DNA of 64,000 nucleotides. Origin: Catajapyx aquilonaris. Taxonomy: Eukaryota. Where the stretch lies: contig KZ538206.1 of assembly GCA_000934665.2 (NCBI GenBank), forward strand, positions 1 to 64,000, in the 5' to 3' direction. Shown here piece after piece: positions 11,477-25,273 of the stretch. The position numbers were made by a program, and so were the translations under genes. The notes under the pieces were generated by a model. The model was not told the origin of the DNA, made no database searches, and saw only the letters and a list, made by a program, of their open reading frames with translations. The stretch's first letter is position 1. Each line of letters starts with the position of its first letter.

Positions 11477-14400
11477 GTGTAACTTGAAGTCCTAACCCTT
11501 AGTCCCGTAGAGATTAATAATAATCCTTGCAAAAAAGACTAACCTGCATGGTAAAGAAACAACTTCCTGAAACATCTTCATTATATCATCATAACTTGCA
11601 AGATCATCTCGAAGAAAACACGCATCTAATAACCTGAGCTCAGGCTGTTTGGATCAGATAGAGAGAAGAAAAAAAATAGTCCATGGCCATGTATGGCAAT
11701 CAGGTCGTGATGCTGATTCGACCCAAACCCCCTTGGAGCCAGGAAGTCATTATGTAATGCCAATCGAGTGCTTATCACCGAACAGGAATGCTGCAGATAA
11801 GCATTTTTTGACCCAAAGTGTTCACTTTCCTCCTTTCCGTTGTGCACACTCATCTGAATCGGGCCTGAGTGAAGATGAGAGCTAAGGCTCTGTGGAACGG
11901 AACGCGATAGCAGGAAAAGACACGGGAATGGCTAGGATTCCGAATTATTTCGACGTTTTATCTACCTTGGAAAGGAAGAAGAAGAAGAAAAAAGAAAAAA
12001 GAAAATGGGGAGGAAAAAATCTCTGGGAGGCACTTCGCTTAGAGCGGTACGGTTCTTTTCCCGGTTCCAAAGAGCGGCCGGATACTCATCGCAATCAACT
12101 GATATGAATCTAAGTCTGCCTTAAGTGGATGTGGACTTTGGGCGAATTAAGTGCGGTCCTGGATCTTGCCCATCTCAGCTGGGATATTTATGGATATAAG
12201 TATAGGAAACTTGCCATCAGAATCGGGATGGGTGGCAATTGGGGGGGGGGGGGGGNGTAAAAGGTTGATGGCATGTAGGTGAAGAAGCGCCTGAAAATTA
12301 TACCGTATTTAAATGCATAATAATTAATAATTGTTAAGATTCCTATTTTTGAAATGTGAGAAATTGTCATGCACATTATTCACACACCCCTGCACCTTTA
12401 TGTTTTCGGACAACAGCTTTATTCATTTTAATTGTTATTCTATTTTAGAATGTGAGATTTTGATTTAGCTGGCACATTTTCATGAATATCTCAATTTTCA
12501 GATTGAAAGCACTTGTGACTTTTTGCTTGGATGTTCCACAACTGTCGTGCTAGGTATTTACTAAATCCCGCATGACCAAATTGGGTTACTGAAAATGTAT
12601 TAATCATGAAAATAGCAGGTTTTAAAATATAGTTTCTACTGGGTTCGTGCTCCCTAGAAAGCTGCTATTAAATTTTTGAACCGCCCAAGCACAGGTGCAC
12701 ACAAAAGCATGCGGAAATCTCCCAAACCAGAATGGACAGGTGCATGTTCATTCTGACACGTTTGAATTGAACGTACGTAGGGCTTCCCTTGATTCACGCA
12801 TTTTTGATCCGATCGCACCGGAGGCTACTTCGTTCGTCAACGCACTTGCAACAATCGCTTGCAAAAAATATACATCGGCCCTCTCTTTTTTTTATTACGC
12901 GGTTAATGTCCCGTAAAGCCCTGCCATAAACAATGCCAACTGAACAGGTCCCATGTCAGCAGAACGTAGCCACCCACGACCATTAATACGGGGTGCGACG
13001 CAAGTTCCTTTATAATCGCATCTACACCAAATGTCATCACAAGCAGACATGCTCACATGCAGAGACCGTAAAATGGCCCTGCACATGCCAACATACAGTA
13101 TGAAGAGTGGGTAGAAAAGAGCTGCATACTTCAATGGAGCAATTCAAAAAATAGTTTTTGGGCTGAGGCATTTGGGGTTCATATGGCAGTTTTATGATGA
13201 CACTGGCATCATTGTGCAGCATGTCATCTGCATTGATAAAATGTAATTTGTGGCTACTATACTAGATGAGGAAATCCGGTGTATTCTCTATCCCGTACTA
13301 GGCAAGTCCCACCTATACCCTCCACCTTATCTGAATGAAGCCCACTCCGGATCATCCACGGTGATAACTGAGTGCGATAAGCCCGGTAACGCGAATTTGT
13401 CGTGCCTTTTGTATAATTATTTCCGAATTACCCCTTTCAAATGCCCTAGTCTTCAGAATAGAGATGGAATAATACTCAACGAGAAGCTTGAAATTATTAG
13501 TAATTTCTGCACTAAAATTCAGCAAGCAATTAACTACGGCACGGTTTTTCAACTGTTACATTCAAATGCTACGATAACTACAGTTTAATGTGCAAGTTCC
13601 TTCTATTTCACTGAAAAAGCAGAGGGCGTGAATTAGGTGTCAGTGTCGTCGGGTGTCTTGTTGCGTGTCAAGACGGAAAAAAAAGTCGTCCCCTATAGCC
13701 ATGGATGTGTACCTTTTTCGCACCCTTCTTCCTGAGGTGACTCAGTACAAAAACCGGCGTTAGGGACGCAAACACCATTAGTTTCCATTAGAAAAAAAAA
13801 TGTTTTGATGAATGGACCGTATCGCCTCCACCCTCACACTGACTTCTTCCAAGCCCTATCCCCCTTCAGTGTATATAAAAAAATCTTGTGGGTTTTGCCT
13901 CTGGCAACCATTTGCTCAAATGGGCAAGGATCAGACATTGGCATTGCCTGGAGGAGTCATGACCTCGGTGAAGAAGTGGTAAAAAATTTGAATGTGCGCG
14001 GTTGAAGAGTTCTTAGTCATGGAAGCAGGTGCGGTGTAATTCGAGATGTGGTGTCGCCATCTTCAGCATCCTGGTACCGAAGCCACAAAAACGTTACGAA
14101 AATATGGGTAAAAAGAGGGCTATAAATGGTTTGTCGTAGGTTGGAATTCCAGGAAAATTACATCCCAGTTACGACATAGTTCTAAACTGAGTTGTTAAAA
14201 ATGAGTCCAGGAATGATTGCTTCATAATATTTTTTTTTGGTGTGAGGAATAATGGCAGGGTTCTATGCGCAGTACTTAAGGAATGCGATATGAGCACTAT
14301 TAAAATGTAAATGTGGAGTACGTTACGCCAAGTATGTCATACTGTATTTACTACGTGAGTGGAACGTCACTGGAACAGAGTTAACTGGGTTGTTGGCCGA

Positions 14401-14986
14401 AGTACGGTTCGTAATTTAGCGGAGGTTTTGAAACATGAATCCCAGATTCTTATCATGGGTAATGAATTGGGCTTTTGCTTCAGAAAAAATCCGGGGAAGG
14501 ACCTGTTTCTGTGGTTTGTGACTTGCAGTCGGACCATAAGCATGACAAGAAAAATAATGTGACAAAAAATGATGGTTACAATTTACTTACTACTATTGAC
14601 TAACCTTTCATCACAATGTAAGGAAGGACGTACCAGGATTTCCAATTACTATTGTAACACAATAATGTTATTAGATGGTAAATTATTTTAATAATATAAT
14701 CATTGCTTCATTGTTCCACGTTCAAGTTATTGCCTAAAGGTTCTTTTATGCAATGTAGAATGCTAATTGGGTATTAGAAAACTATGCATGCTGGTTTTAT
14801 TGTCGTATTGTACAGTGCGGGCTAACTATGCAGCATACAAGTCGAGGACAATAATAGTGAATCATGATCGTCTCCTACTCCAGTAACTTACATAAAAAGT
14901 ATTACATGTTCAGACTTCACTCGTGATTGTTGATCAATTTACGTGTTGATAATACTGAGGACTCGATTACTATAGTAATGAAAGTT

Positions 14987-15330
14987 AAGGGGAGACGGAG
15001 TGGTGCTGCGGTAACGTGCGCGCCCACGGATGTTAAGGTCCCGGGTTCGATCCCAGCCCGGGGACACCCCCTTCATCTCGTACAGAGTTGGATCGTCTCT
15101 GGCTTCGTCTCGGGTGGCATTTCCGAAAGACTAAGCCACCCGGAGGAGTTCACAAAATGTACCACTATTGAGACATTGCACTTGCCCTTTGCACATCCCC
15201 TCACTGTCATCCCCTATCGCTCGCGGTACCCGGGCGTTACGGAAAAAGGACCAAAAATGTAGCTGTACACCTAAGAAGCGAAATAAAGGTATCGTGCCAG
15301 ATGCCCATCAATGGGCGGTGCACTAACCCC

Positions 15331-15360
<30 letters not shown>
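14987..15360 (+). mobile_element. Full-length tRNA-derived SINE (tRNA-Arg(ACG)-like head)
   Basis: A box TGGTGCTGCGG (15001-15011), CCACGGA anticodon-like loop, B box GGTTCGATCCC (15044-15054), 3' hairpin GCCCATCAATGGGC, (TAT)n tail, and a perfect 16-bp TSD TATAGTAATGAAAGTT at 14971-14986 and 15361-15376. Confidence 0.9.
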
Positions 15361-15364
<4 letters not shown>

Positions 15365-15742
15365 GTAATGAAAGTTGCTAGCAGTGATTTAGGTGCTTTC
15401 TTAGCTGAGTTTTAGATCGTCGGTCGATTCTTACACTTCTTGTAAACGTGCACGTAAATTGCAATTTTGTAAATGCCTGGTAACTGTAACTTTAAATGAT
15501 GCTGTTGTTTCCTACGTAAGACTCTACTGTAAATATTTTCCCATAGGTAGTGTTTCACACAGCAAGAAAATCTGCTGTAATTATGTAAATTTAGATAATA
15601 CGAATTATCTACAGAAAATACTTCAGTCCAGCGAACGTTATTAGAACTAACAGACCGTTTGTCCTGGATGTTACAGTGCTATTTATAAGTGGGTCATAAT
15701 TACAATATTATGAATAACGTTATTTCTCGTCATCTTTTTCAG

Positions 15743-15851
15743 CATGGCATCGACGTGAACCGCTCCAACTCGTACGACCAGACTGCCCTGGACTTGGTGA
15801 AGCAGTTTACCAAGTCGAGAGCAGCGCGTGAACTCAAGCATGTCCTGGCCG
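15743..15851 (+). CDS. Caskin: Caskin-like protein, internal exon B (last ankyrin repeat and following helix: HGIDVNRSNSYDQTALDLVKQFTKSRAARELKHVLA)
   Basis: Acceptor catctttttcAG ends at 15742; donor GTGAGT at 15852; 109 nt, phase 0 to phase 1. Resembles Caskin N.Y.QTALD.V.QFT.S.A.RE.K..L. Confidence 0.92.
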
Positions 15852-15924
15852 GTGAGTACTTGTCCTTTCATTAGCCTTTGATTGAGACTGAGCACGCTCC
15901 GGCAGAGTAAGTTCGACCAACTCT

Positions 15925-15948
15925 ACACACACACACACACACACACAC
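15925..15948. repeat. (AC)n microsatellite
   Basis: About 12 units, roughly 70 bp downstream of the exon B donor. Confidence 0.9.
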
Positions 15949-18449
15949 TCCGTTTCCTCTTCTCAGCCATGCATTGCCTCTCGTTTCCGGCCATGTTTCC
16001 TCCTGGCATCTCATCAAAGATCTACCTTTTGGCACAAACTGACAGGGTCCTAGATGATGTATATGTGAGAAACTCAGATTAATTTAATTAAAGCGTCGTT
16101 GCTATGGGTCCAGTAGATGGCATTGATAGGAAGTTGGCTAGCGAGACAGCCGTGTGGTAGATATCGTGAGTGGCTGAAGTTGATGGGTCAGCATTAGATG
16201 GTCATTTAGGAGCCATAATTATTTCACCCTAATTAAAGGACAGGAAACCTAGTTGACACTAATACTTTACAACTCATAAGTAAGATGCTATGCATATACT
16301 GGAATTACGTGTAACTGAGTCTAGTCCGGTCTATGTGGTGTATATTGAGCAAGAAACATGACATCATTTCGCGAAATCACAAGCGACAAGACCTTTGCCT
16401 ATACGCAATGTCTACCTTGCCACACCTGAAGCAATTCTGACTAACCCTTACGTCACTTTATACACATAGATTCAGACAAGAGTGTAAATGTTACAGATTA
16501 GCCTAAAAATAAATCACGATGTATGCTATAGCGCAATAATTTAGCAGTGTTGACTTAGTTTATTTTCTACTCGCAATATTTTGGTGATTCTTCAAAAAAA
16601 TTCACTTTTCATAGCGCATGTAGTTATGCAAGAACCGTGTGTATTTTTATGTGACGTGACTGTTGGTACAGCATCGGGATTAGCATGCAAGGTCAGATTT
16701 AGTATTCTATACTGCTATACACCTGATGGGTTTTTTTTCCATCTGAGATGATAAGACAGCAGGTACTACCAAACAAAGCCAGAATCATGTGGCTTTAAAA
16801 AATAGGCACAGTCATATCTGTCGAGATACATTATCGTGCGTTTTCGACGTCGCGTCGCTTCAGATGAGTCACCTTAACATTTTCTTTTCCTGACACTTGG
16901 TGATATTGGTCTTGACGTAATATAAGTAACGATTACCTTCCCACTCTCCCAGTCCAATTATGGTGCGACATACGAGTCTGCTTCCAACATAAATCGGCCG
17001 AAATGTGTTTGAAGTCAACACAAAAAAAGAGATAGAATCTTCCGAATGATGTTGTTTTCACATATTTCGGCAAACCATGCAATTCATTTTTATCACTTCA
17101 AGGCCAGCACAATTCCACGTGGTGCGTGTAGTAAAATATGGGAAAAAGTCACACCCACATCTTTGAATTTACAATATTGCATAACTACTTCTACTCTTTT
17201 TTTTTGGATCTCTGAAACTCGTTTCTTGACTTCATCGATAGGACGAGAAGATGCAGTCATAAGTGACCACGCTAGTGGCATTCAAACTTCAAAGCAACTC
17301 TGCCACAGGGTGTAGCATAAATTCTCTGATGAACGAGGACCCTACTTGGCAATTTGGTGATTACTTGGTTATTCCTGTTGCATTCTGTATAGTGTGTCGT
17401 GTAGTTCAGCGTAGTCTAAAAGCCAAACCCTCTCCCCGGATCTCTAAGTCGGTGTTATAATGAAGTGAAGAATATTCAGGAAGCCATCGACGTCGCTCCA
17501 GTCTCTCCCTAATTCTCGCCGAATTAGGCAACTTCACAACCTGGCCCCGAGACAAGAATAGAGCGTGTGACTCTTGATGAATTATTCAAGCCTGTTTTTG
17601 CCTGAACAATACTCAGGAGAAGCACCCAGCTTTTTTTTTGTACTGCTGCAAGCGTCCATTGACATGAACCTTTTTTCTTGGCCCGCCATATTAATTTACA
17701 TGTGTCAATTTTTGCAGCAAACAATACCACATTTCACAATGTAGTAGCTCGCATGCAGAGTACAATGAAGCTTTTAAAATTCTGAAACCTGCAATAGTTT
17801 TATAATATGACAAATTAGCCAACTAGTAATGTGATTTGTTTTAGCTCCAGTGCTGTATACATTTTCACAAATATTTTTAAAACTCCTTGTGGCTACAAGA
17901 ACCGGATTGTAAAAAAAATGTAAACGAATGCATACTGGTTTCTGCAAACTACAAAACGTCTGGCCAACCTTTAAGGTCGTCGAGTACTGTACATTTTAAA
18001 TACTGTGCACAAAACCGGCAAGTTCCGCTTCTGGGATTTATAGACAAGTTTTAGCGGGCCTGTGAAGGTCGTCCATATGATCATTGCATTATAAGGTCAT
18101 CGACTGTCACGCTATTATTTTGCACTTCAACTTGGGCCACACAATGGAGACCTTGGAGTTTTGTTTACGGGGAGCATCGGAGAGCCTTGCAAATGCTGCT
18201 CTTCCGTATACAGTATTATATGAGACCACCCGTAATGAATGTCTTCCAACTACAAGCAGTAAAAAAACTTTATTGTCCTACCCCTGATCGTTTATGTGAT
18301 GCTTGATTGCTCATCATCGATACATATTTACGGACGGAAACCGGTTGGGAGGCAAGAAGTCCACCTATTTTGTTGCCCTGCTGACTATCTCTTTTATAAG
18401 TTATACCAAGAGCTAATAACTCTTGGTTATACCCTAGAGGACACCTAAA

Positions 18450-18694
18450 CAGGGTGTTCCAAAAAGAATGAATAATTAACGGTATATGCCGGTTTGTCAA
18501 AAAGCTGTGAAGTTTTGCAACACACTATAAATTTGCTTTTGGTACCTCTTTTATTGGGATACAATTTCTTAAGCTACAGTGTAGCTTCAGACTAATTTTT
18601 GTTGATTTTTATATAACCTAATATTTACTACTTACTTAAAACAGCTAAATAATCAGAATAAAAGCAGTGTTTTTTCTCTGTTTGGACCACCCTG
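18450..18694. mobile_element. Degenerate Tc1/mariner-type MITE
   Basis: TIRs CAGGGTGTTCCAAAAAGA / TCTGTTTGGACCACCCTG. The TA TSDs are not intact. Confidence 0.65.
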
Positions 18695-21600
18695 TGTATA
18701 ATATGAAATGCGGCTGACAGGAGCAGTCGAGAGGAAAAGTCACATAAAAAGTGTGTTGTATGGACCGAGTAATCGCTTAATTATAGAAGCCTTTTTTTGG
18801 TTGTTGGTGGTAGTGGTGGGGGACAAGGGGGATAGAGAATTTTTGCGAGTCATTGCCTCGAAACGAGCTGGCCCCCACGAATGAAACGGCCAAATTGCTT
18901 TGCTTCCGGCTGGAAGGAGTTCCCATAATAAACTCCACCCCCTCGTTGCCAAGGAGGGATATCCTGAGAAAATTCCCTCTTACATCTCGAGTAAAAAACA
19001 ATCAAGAAGGCGACATAGGTCAGGTGCCCTGGAAATATGTCATTCATTTAATTTTACTCGGACATACTTGCGCTATAACAAGCGGTCAAAATATAGCTGT
19101 ATGTAGGTAATTGCTAATTAGTAAAAGTGACAAGCCTTCTGATATCAAGGACATGTTGTGTACTTTTCTGCACAGTTTTCTGCAAAAAAACTGTGTTCCA
19201 GGTAATGAATTTGTAAAATCCTTGTCACCACAAAACGGACTGTTTGCACAACCAGTTTTTTTTGCGAATCCGTAAAGTATGTGCACAAACTGCGAAGTAT
19301 GTGCATAAAGTGGGAAATACGTGCCGTCACCCTCCTGAAGACGACGTTGGGAAGTGTCGTCAAACATGGCAGAAATTTTGGTGAGGAATGCATGAAAGGA
19401 GCTGATAAATATTGCGAAAGGAAAAATGGGTTTTTAAAAACTATTTTGAATTTATTGCGAGCATGGGAAAAAGAACAGGGTCCAATTTTTATGTACAGAA
19501 TTCCCATCCATACATGAACATCGTGAGACCGAGACTCTCACGGCTATATGTAAAAAAAAAAGTTATTAGACACGCGCATGTGCGTTCATATATATGCGTA
19601 GAGTGGGCACATTCAACCTTTATTTACCATGTTTATAACCTCTATTATGCATTAAAAACTGCTCATTAGCATGTACAGTCAGCGTCTTTAAGTGGCTAAA
19701 TATTACTGTTTAAAATATTCGGACATGTTTTGCAGGTTTAATACCCTACATTACATTTTTAAATGTGTTACGAATTATACAATTTTTGGTTTTAAAATAC
19801 TGCCAAGCTACTGTACAGTACAATGGTTCATAAAAGTGTAAATCAAAGGTATGAAATTTATTTACTACCCCCATTCTAAACCAAAAATGTGTAACTTGTC
19901 TTAATTAGCGTCTTGCTCAATTTTCCTCCGCATAGCACCGCCCGGAAAACGAGGTCAGATATTGACCTGAGTCTGGCTCAAATTTTTTTTGAGGGTAATG
20001 AACCAGCCTGGCAAGGAATACGAACAGAACCCCTTTTTGTGAGCACCCTTATCTCGGTCTTTGAGACATCACATATCTCCCCCAGGCTATCCCAACTTGG
20101 GAAGGGTCTGGTCACAATTGAGTTTTTTAAAAATATTTCAGGCCACACAGCAGACACCAAAAAAGTACAGGCAAATGAAAAGTGGTGGCAGCAGTGATAT
20201 GTAAAAGTGCTGCCATGAAGCGTCAGCGATAGAAACTCGGTCCTTCATTTCTCCATTTTTTGCTGCGGGTTTTTCCCTCGTCTTAGTGGAAGACAGCGGC
20301 AGTTAAAATTGCATTTATGACCTCGAAGAGGACCACTTGTGGCTATAAAAGCTGGCATCTGTGATATAGGTTCATGATGCGAAGGTCCTTTACTATGTCT
20401 CACTTGGGCAAGGTTGTTCATGCGTTGGGGCAACAATGCACATTCATATTTGTAGGGCCTAATAAAAGAAGTTTGTTACCAAAATATTTGGGACTAAAGC
20501 TCGTACTATGTATGACGAAATATTTGCCTGATTTTAGGTCCAGTTGATCAGCCTGATGCAATGGGTAGTACTGTAGCCTACTAGCTTGCTACTAGTTAAT
20601 TATTTTTGACCCAATTATTTTAAATTGTGTATAAAGCTCAATGACCCTAATTTCAAACGGGCGGAAAATTGACAAAAATTAATAGCGTAATTTCATGATT
20701 AATACATTGAGGTTATGATTGCCATTTAAAACATATACCGCGCAAAGGATGTTAGGACTTTATTACTGAAAATGTTTGTTGTCGCGTCATTATTATCATA
20801 ATTGCGCTGCTGTATGAAATAGGAGGGCGTAATTTCTTTATGTATGTTTAATTCATGAAAACAACCCTGTCACGCGACCATTAGTCAGCTAAGTTTATTG
20901 CTATTTCAGGACATCAGGAAGTTGCTACATGGCACTTATTTGTAATTACATATTTAGTGAGGTTGTTGTGAACCGCAATTCGGTTTTTGATCATATTGTT
21001 GTAACAGTGCTTATTTGAGAAAGCATAACGCGTGTAATTAGGTCGCTAGGAATTGAGTTGCAATAACATTTAAGTGAAAGGATTTTCATATCACGGTAGG
21101 TAACGCTTTTCTACATTAATACCCGAGTTTGAATCGTTTGTTCTAGACAACGTTAAACCTACGTAGCAAATGCTGTGTTGTTGACCAGAAAGCGCATAGG
21201 CCAGAGATGCAAAATCGAATTTGTAACCGGCAATAACGTTCACTGCTGACGGTGTAGTTTTTAATATCCCAATAATTACGAGGAACACATTTCAGTGTTC
21301 GTGTTTTATAGTCAGCTTAACGCGGAGGATTGCAATTATTTTAATCCACATTAATTCCCCAAAAGACAGGGATTTGCAGCAGTGTGGACCATTGTTATTC
21401 TTTTTTTGTGTAAATCGGAAGCATTATTTTCTGCTGGTCCCGAGCGGAATTGTGCAAATGACTCACCGTGTATACATTTCCAAAATGAATATATATGACA
21501 GTGTGTGAAACAATGCAGTATTTAGGGTAGGCCTACATGTCTGTAATATCTACAGTCATGTTGATGTCACACATGGAAGCTTCCCCAACAAAAATGAGAT

Positions 21601-22094
21601 TGTGGTTTTAAAAATTCATTTTTAAATCACTCGAAGCGGCGGCGTGAGCTAGTATAGAGAGGGTCAAAAAGGTTGCATATATTCGAAGGCTTTCAATATT
21701 ATTAGTATCGAGCCGTCAGTTGAAACAGGGCGATATTTGGAATAAAACGAAACGCTGTTGGATATTTAATTCGTCATAAATATTGCCGATGACGTTAATG
21801 CGAAACAATATTGCATACTGTACTGGAAAATTTATGGGTTGAACTATGATCGGTGTTTCTATTGTTATATAACTAGTTACGCTTCGTGCTGATATATGTA
21901 AAAATGGTAACATCAGCGCCAAATTTCAGCGGGTGTAACATGTAATACATTGAAATAGCATTAGCAGTAGTTGAAAAATTATTTCATTTACACTCTGGAC
22001 TAGCCTTTAAACACTTCCAGGCGGGTAAGGAATGTTAAAAATTCTAGTCCGCAGGGCTAACCTTCTAGGATAATAATTAACGTAATATTTAATA

Positions 22095-22608
22095 GGGTCA
22101 TTCCCACGTGCCACAAAATCTCGATCTTGAACCACGTTTCTGACTGGCAAAATCAGGATGTGATCAGGATCGTTTGGTGACTGTTTCCACGGGCCACGTA
22201 CTTTTCGTGATTTTCGGTGGAGTGGTCTGTAACCACGCCCACCCGCCTGGCGAAAAAATGACTCTCGCTTCGGCTCCCGGACAAAGGCACGGGTGACTCT
22301 ACGATAGGCCTGGCTGTAATAGCATGGAGGCATGCTATCTACGTTATTACACAGGTCCTGGCTGCCCGCAGAGCGAGGGGGCAGACACGTGGGCAGACGG
22401 GGCCAAGCAGGGAGCCGCCATGTTGCCCGGTCCGGAGGGGGGAGTGACGTCAGGATCGCGACTCATAGGGTGGCAGTCAACTTCTACAAGCTGGCTGCCA
22501 CAGTCACCTTCGTAAACGCGTTCGGGTCGAGGAAGGGCATGTGGGAACACCCCAATCGCGATTATCGGGGGTAAGGATCATGATCCTTGTGGCACGTGGG
22601 AATGACCC
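22095..22608. mobile_element. Non-autonomous DNA transposon with perfect 22-bp TIRs and a GC-rich interior; superfamily uncertain
   Basis: GGGTCATTCCCACGTGCCACAA at 22095 and TTGTGGCACGTGGGAATGACCC ending at 22608; flanked by TA on both sides (or AAT if the TIR is extended by one base). Confidence 0.8.
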
Positions 22609-23497
22609 TAATCACTGGCTCAACCTTGGTTGACCCTCATATTATAGGAGCGGAAATTTTTATCGATTAGGTTTAAAAAGGCACCGCAGCACGCGCACGC
22701 GCTCGTAATTGCATGCATACACACAAACACACACACGCTACGACACTGTTCATAATCATTCTGCCAGGTTTATCCGCTGGATTTTGGCGAGGTTGATCTG
22801 CTGGGTTACATGTAGCCCCAGCCCGACTCGATTCTAAACTACACCAAATGAACACACGTTTTCAGTATCATGAACTTGATGGCCTCCACAGCTGTTGCCA
22901 TTCCCCTAAAACAGGCAAATGGGGGGAAAAGGGAGGGTGGTTAGCCCCCGTTGTGCAAAATATTTAGCCCCCCCCCCACCCCACCTTATTTACAAGTGTG
23001 GAGTATGCATGCTACAAAACTGCGAACATTTTAAGGGATATGACTAAATGAATGTTTTCTTATTGCTGGTAAAGTCCTTCCTTCAGCATCTATTCTCTCA
23101 GTATGTATCCTAGTGTCCGGTGGTTTGGGAACTTGGGTTGTCTGCACCCTCGGCGATCTAAATCACGTTTTCCTCAACACGGATAAAACCCTGCTAATAA
23201 ACCAAGTTTCGCCTTGTTAATACTCAAGGCGTATCGAATTACTCCCATCGGCGGCTTGCGTCTGCTTGGGACCCATGCCTTGCACACCTCCAATTTCATT
23301 TGGCTCTCTCCACCTCACCTCATGCGCCGGACTCCTAACTTGGATCCGGTGGGGAAAGAAGAGATACAAAGAGCAGAAAAAGGGTCACAGGAGAAGGGGG
23401 GGAAAACGGAGTTGTTTACTTGGGAATGCGCCAGACTTGTCATGTTGGTTGCAGGAATTTCAGGATACGCTATAACTTGGGTAAAAAATATTTGAAC

Positions 23498-23578
23498 AAG
23501 TTTCGGCCATATCCTGACGCTATGCAACCATCTAGTCATGTTGGTTGCATAGCGTCAGGATACGTTTGATCGAAACTT
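23498..23578. repeat. Hairpin (inverted repeat), with a diverged direct copy of its right arm at ~23438-23468
   Basis: TATCCTGACGCTATGCAACCA-tctagtcatgt-TGGTTGCATAGCGTCAGGATA perfect 21-bp stem; outer AAGTTTCG / CGAAACTT. Confidence 0.8.
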
Positions 23579-25273
23579 ACTTTTAGACAACCTGTTTAAT
23601 CCTATGTAATAACAGGGCTTTTACAGTTTCGTATAAGCTGGACTGGCGCATATAGCAGCAAAAATGTTTGAAAGAGACTGTTTAATCAAGTACTCTCGAG
23701 GCCTTGCAGTGCAGTGTGCTTTTTATGTTCTCTTGAAATCACTGCGCGTGTAATTGTTACTCTTGTCTATTAAAGCGTTTAGTACTGATGCAGTTGAATG
23801 AGATGGTGGAATGGCTTCTTTAATGTGAATTTATTCCAGACAGTCGTAACTAATAGGTTGAAGCAGAATTTATTTTAATCCGGCAAATTACTAGGAACTT
23901 AATCGCTTCAGCAGTGATGAAAAATACTTAATGCTAATTTGTAAAATTAGCGAGATTTTAGTTGTTTCAACTTATCGATGTTTTGTAAACGCTAGTATTG
24001 CATCGTTACATTACTTTACAAAAAAATTGCCCAAAACTGCGTTTGTAATATTACTTCGTACTTGCGAAAAAAAAATGGTTGGGATGTCCAGTTTGGATGC
24101 GTTGATTTGCATCCATCGTTGGGTCTCGAAAAAACCATGCAAATGCGTGACAGCATGGAACGGGTTTTTGAGGCCCTCCTCAAACCTTGATTGGTTGAAA
24201 TGTCCGCTGCGGACATTTCGAGGGCTCGGATTTCCAAAATGGCAATTAGGATAGCCTACCTCGTTAGGGCAGCAGCTGTGCAAAAGCCACATGGATTCCG
24301 CACAGCCAAGTATGTTGCCAATGAGAATTCCCCAGCTGACCTGACTGGGGACGAGGTGCAGCACAAGTTTCTTTAGAATCTCTGCATATCCCCAATATTT
24401 TTGAAAATAATATATAAAAAAGAAGTATCTTTTTGTCCATTGCTGCGCATAAAAAGGGGGTGAAATTTGCCTGCGAAATGTGCAAAAACAGGCTATGTTT
24501 GCTTTAATTAGGCATACCACGTCCGTAATATTAAGGTGTTTATGGAATATATTACCGTGGCGTAAAATACCGGACCAAGGGGTAGCACTTTCTCTTTAAT
24601 CAACTGTTTTACTTTAGAATCAGAGGTGAGGTTGGAGGGAGGGAGCAGGGGGTTGAGTGGTTCTAGGAGTGAAGGCCCGCCTAATTAAAGCGGCATTTTG
24701 CACGCTGCGAGCATCTGCTAATTAAGATTTTACACTTAATTTAGCAGCTGATAGGTCCCGTATTCTTAGAGCGAAAGCTTCCTCTGCTATACCCCGACTC
24801 CCCCTCCACTGTAAACACGTTTTTTCGGGGAGGAGGGAGGGCGAGGGAGCACGAAAGACAAGCCTTGTTGCATGTGTTCCCTTTTCCATCTAGTCCTTCC
24901 TCCCTCCCTCCCCCTCTCTCCTGTCTCATTCCTTCGTCTAATCTCGCCGGAATTGTCGCATGAATCACGGCCGTGAAAATGGAACCTATGCCTCCCCCGC
25001 CTCTCCCTCCCCATTCTGCCCGCACTGCAATGCATTTCTAAATGAAATTTAGGAACATTATGAAACAAGATTGGACTGCACATTCCGGGGGACCCCCGTT
25101 TCACACCCAGCGAAATTAAATCCCTCACCCTTCTGCTCCCCAACACCACCACCCCGACCCCTTTCCCGCCAATAATCTATTTGATCAGAGAACCACCCCT
25201 CCTCCCCCACAGCTTTGGTGTTTACTCACTTCAGGCACTTGTTTTTCGGGGGGAAACATCCGAGCTCGTGACC

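Noticed and set aside
14990..15070. tRNA genes here and at 63590-63662
   Set aside because: Acceptor stems are degenerate and both continue into SINE bodies with tails, so they are SINE heads.
19321..19372. Hammerhead-ribozyme-like CTGAAGA-stem-AAAC with upstream GTC
   Set aside because: The conserved GAAA is absent (TCAAAC) and helix I cannot form.
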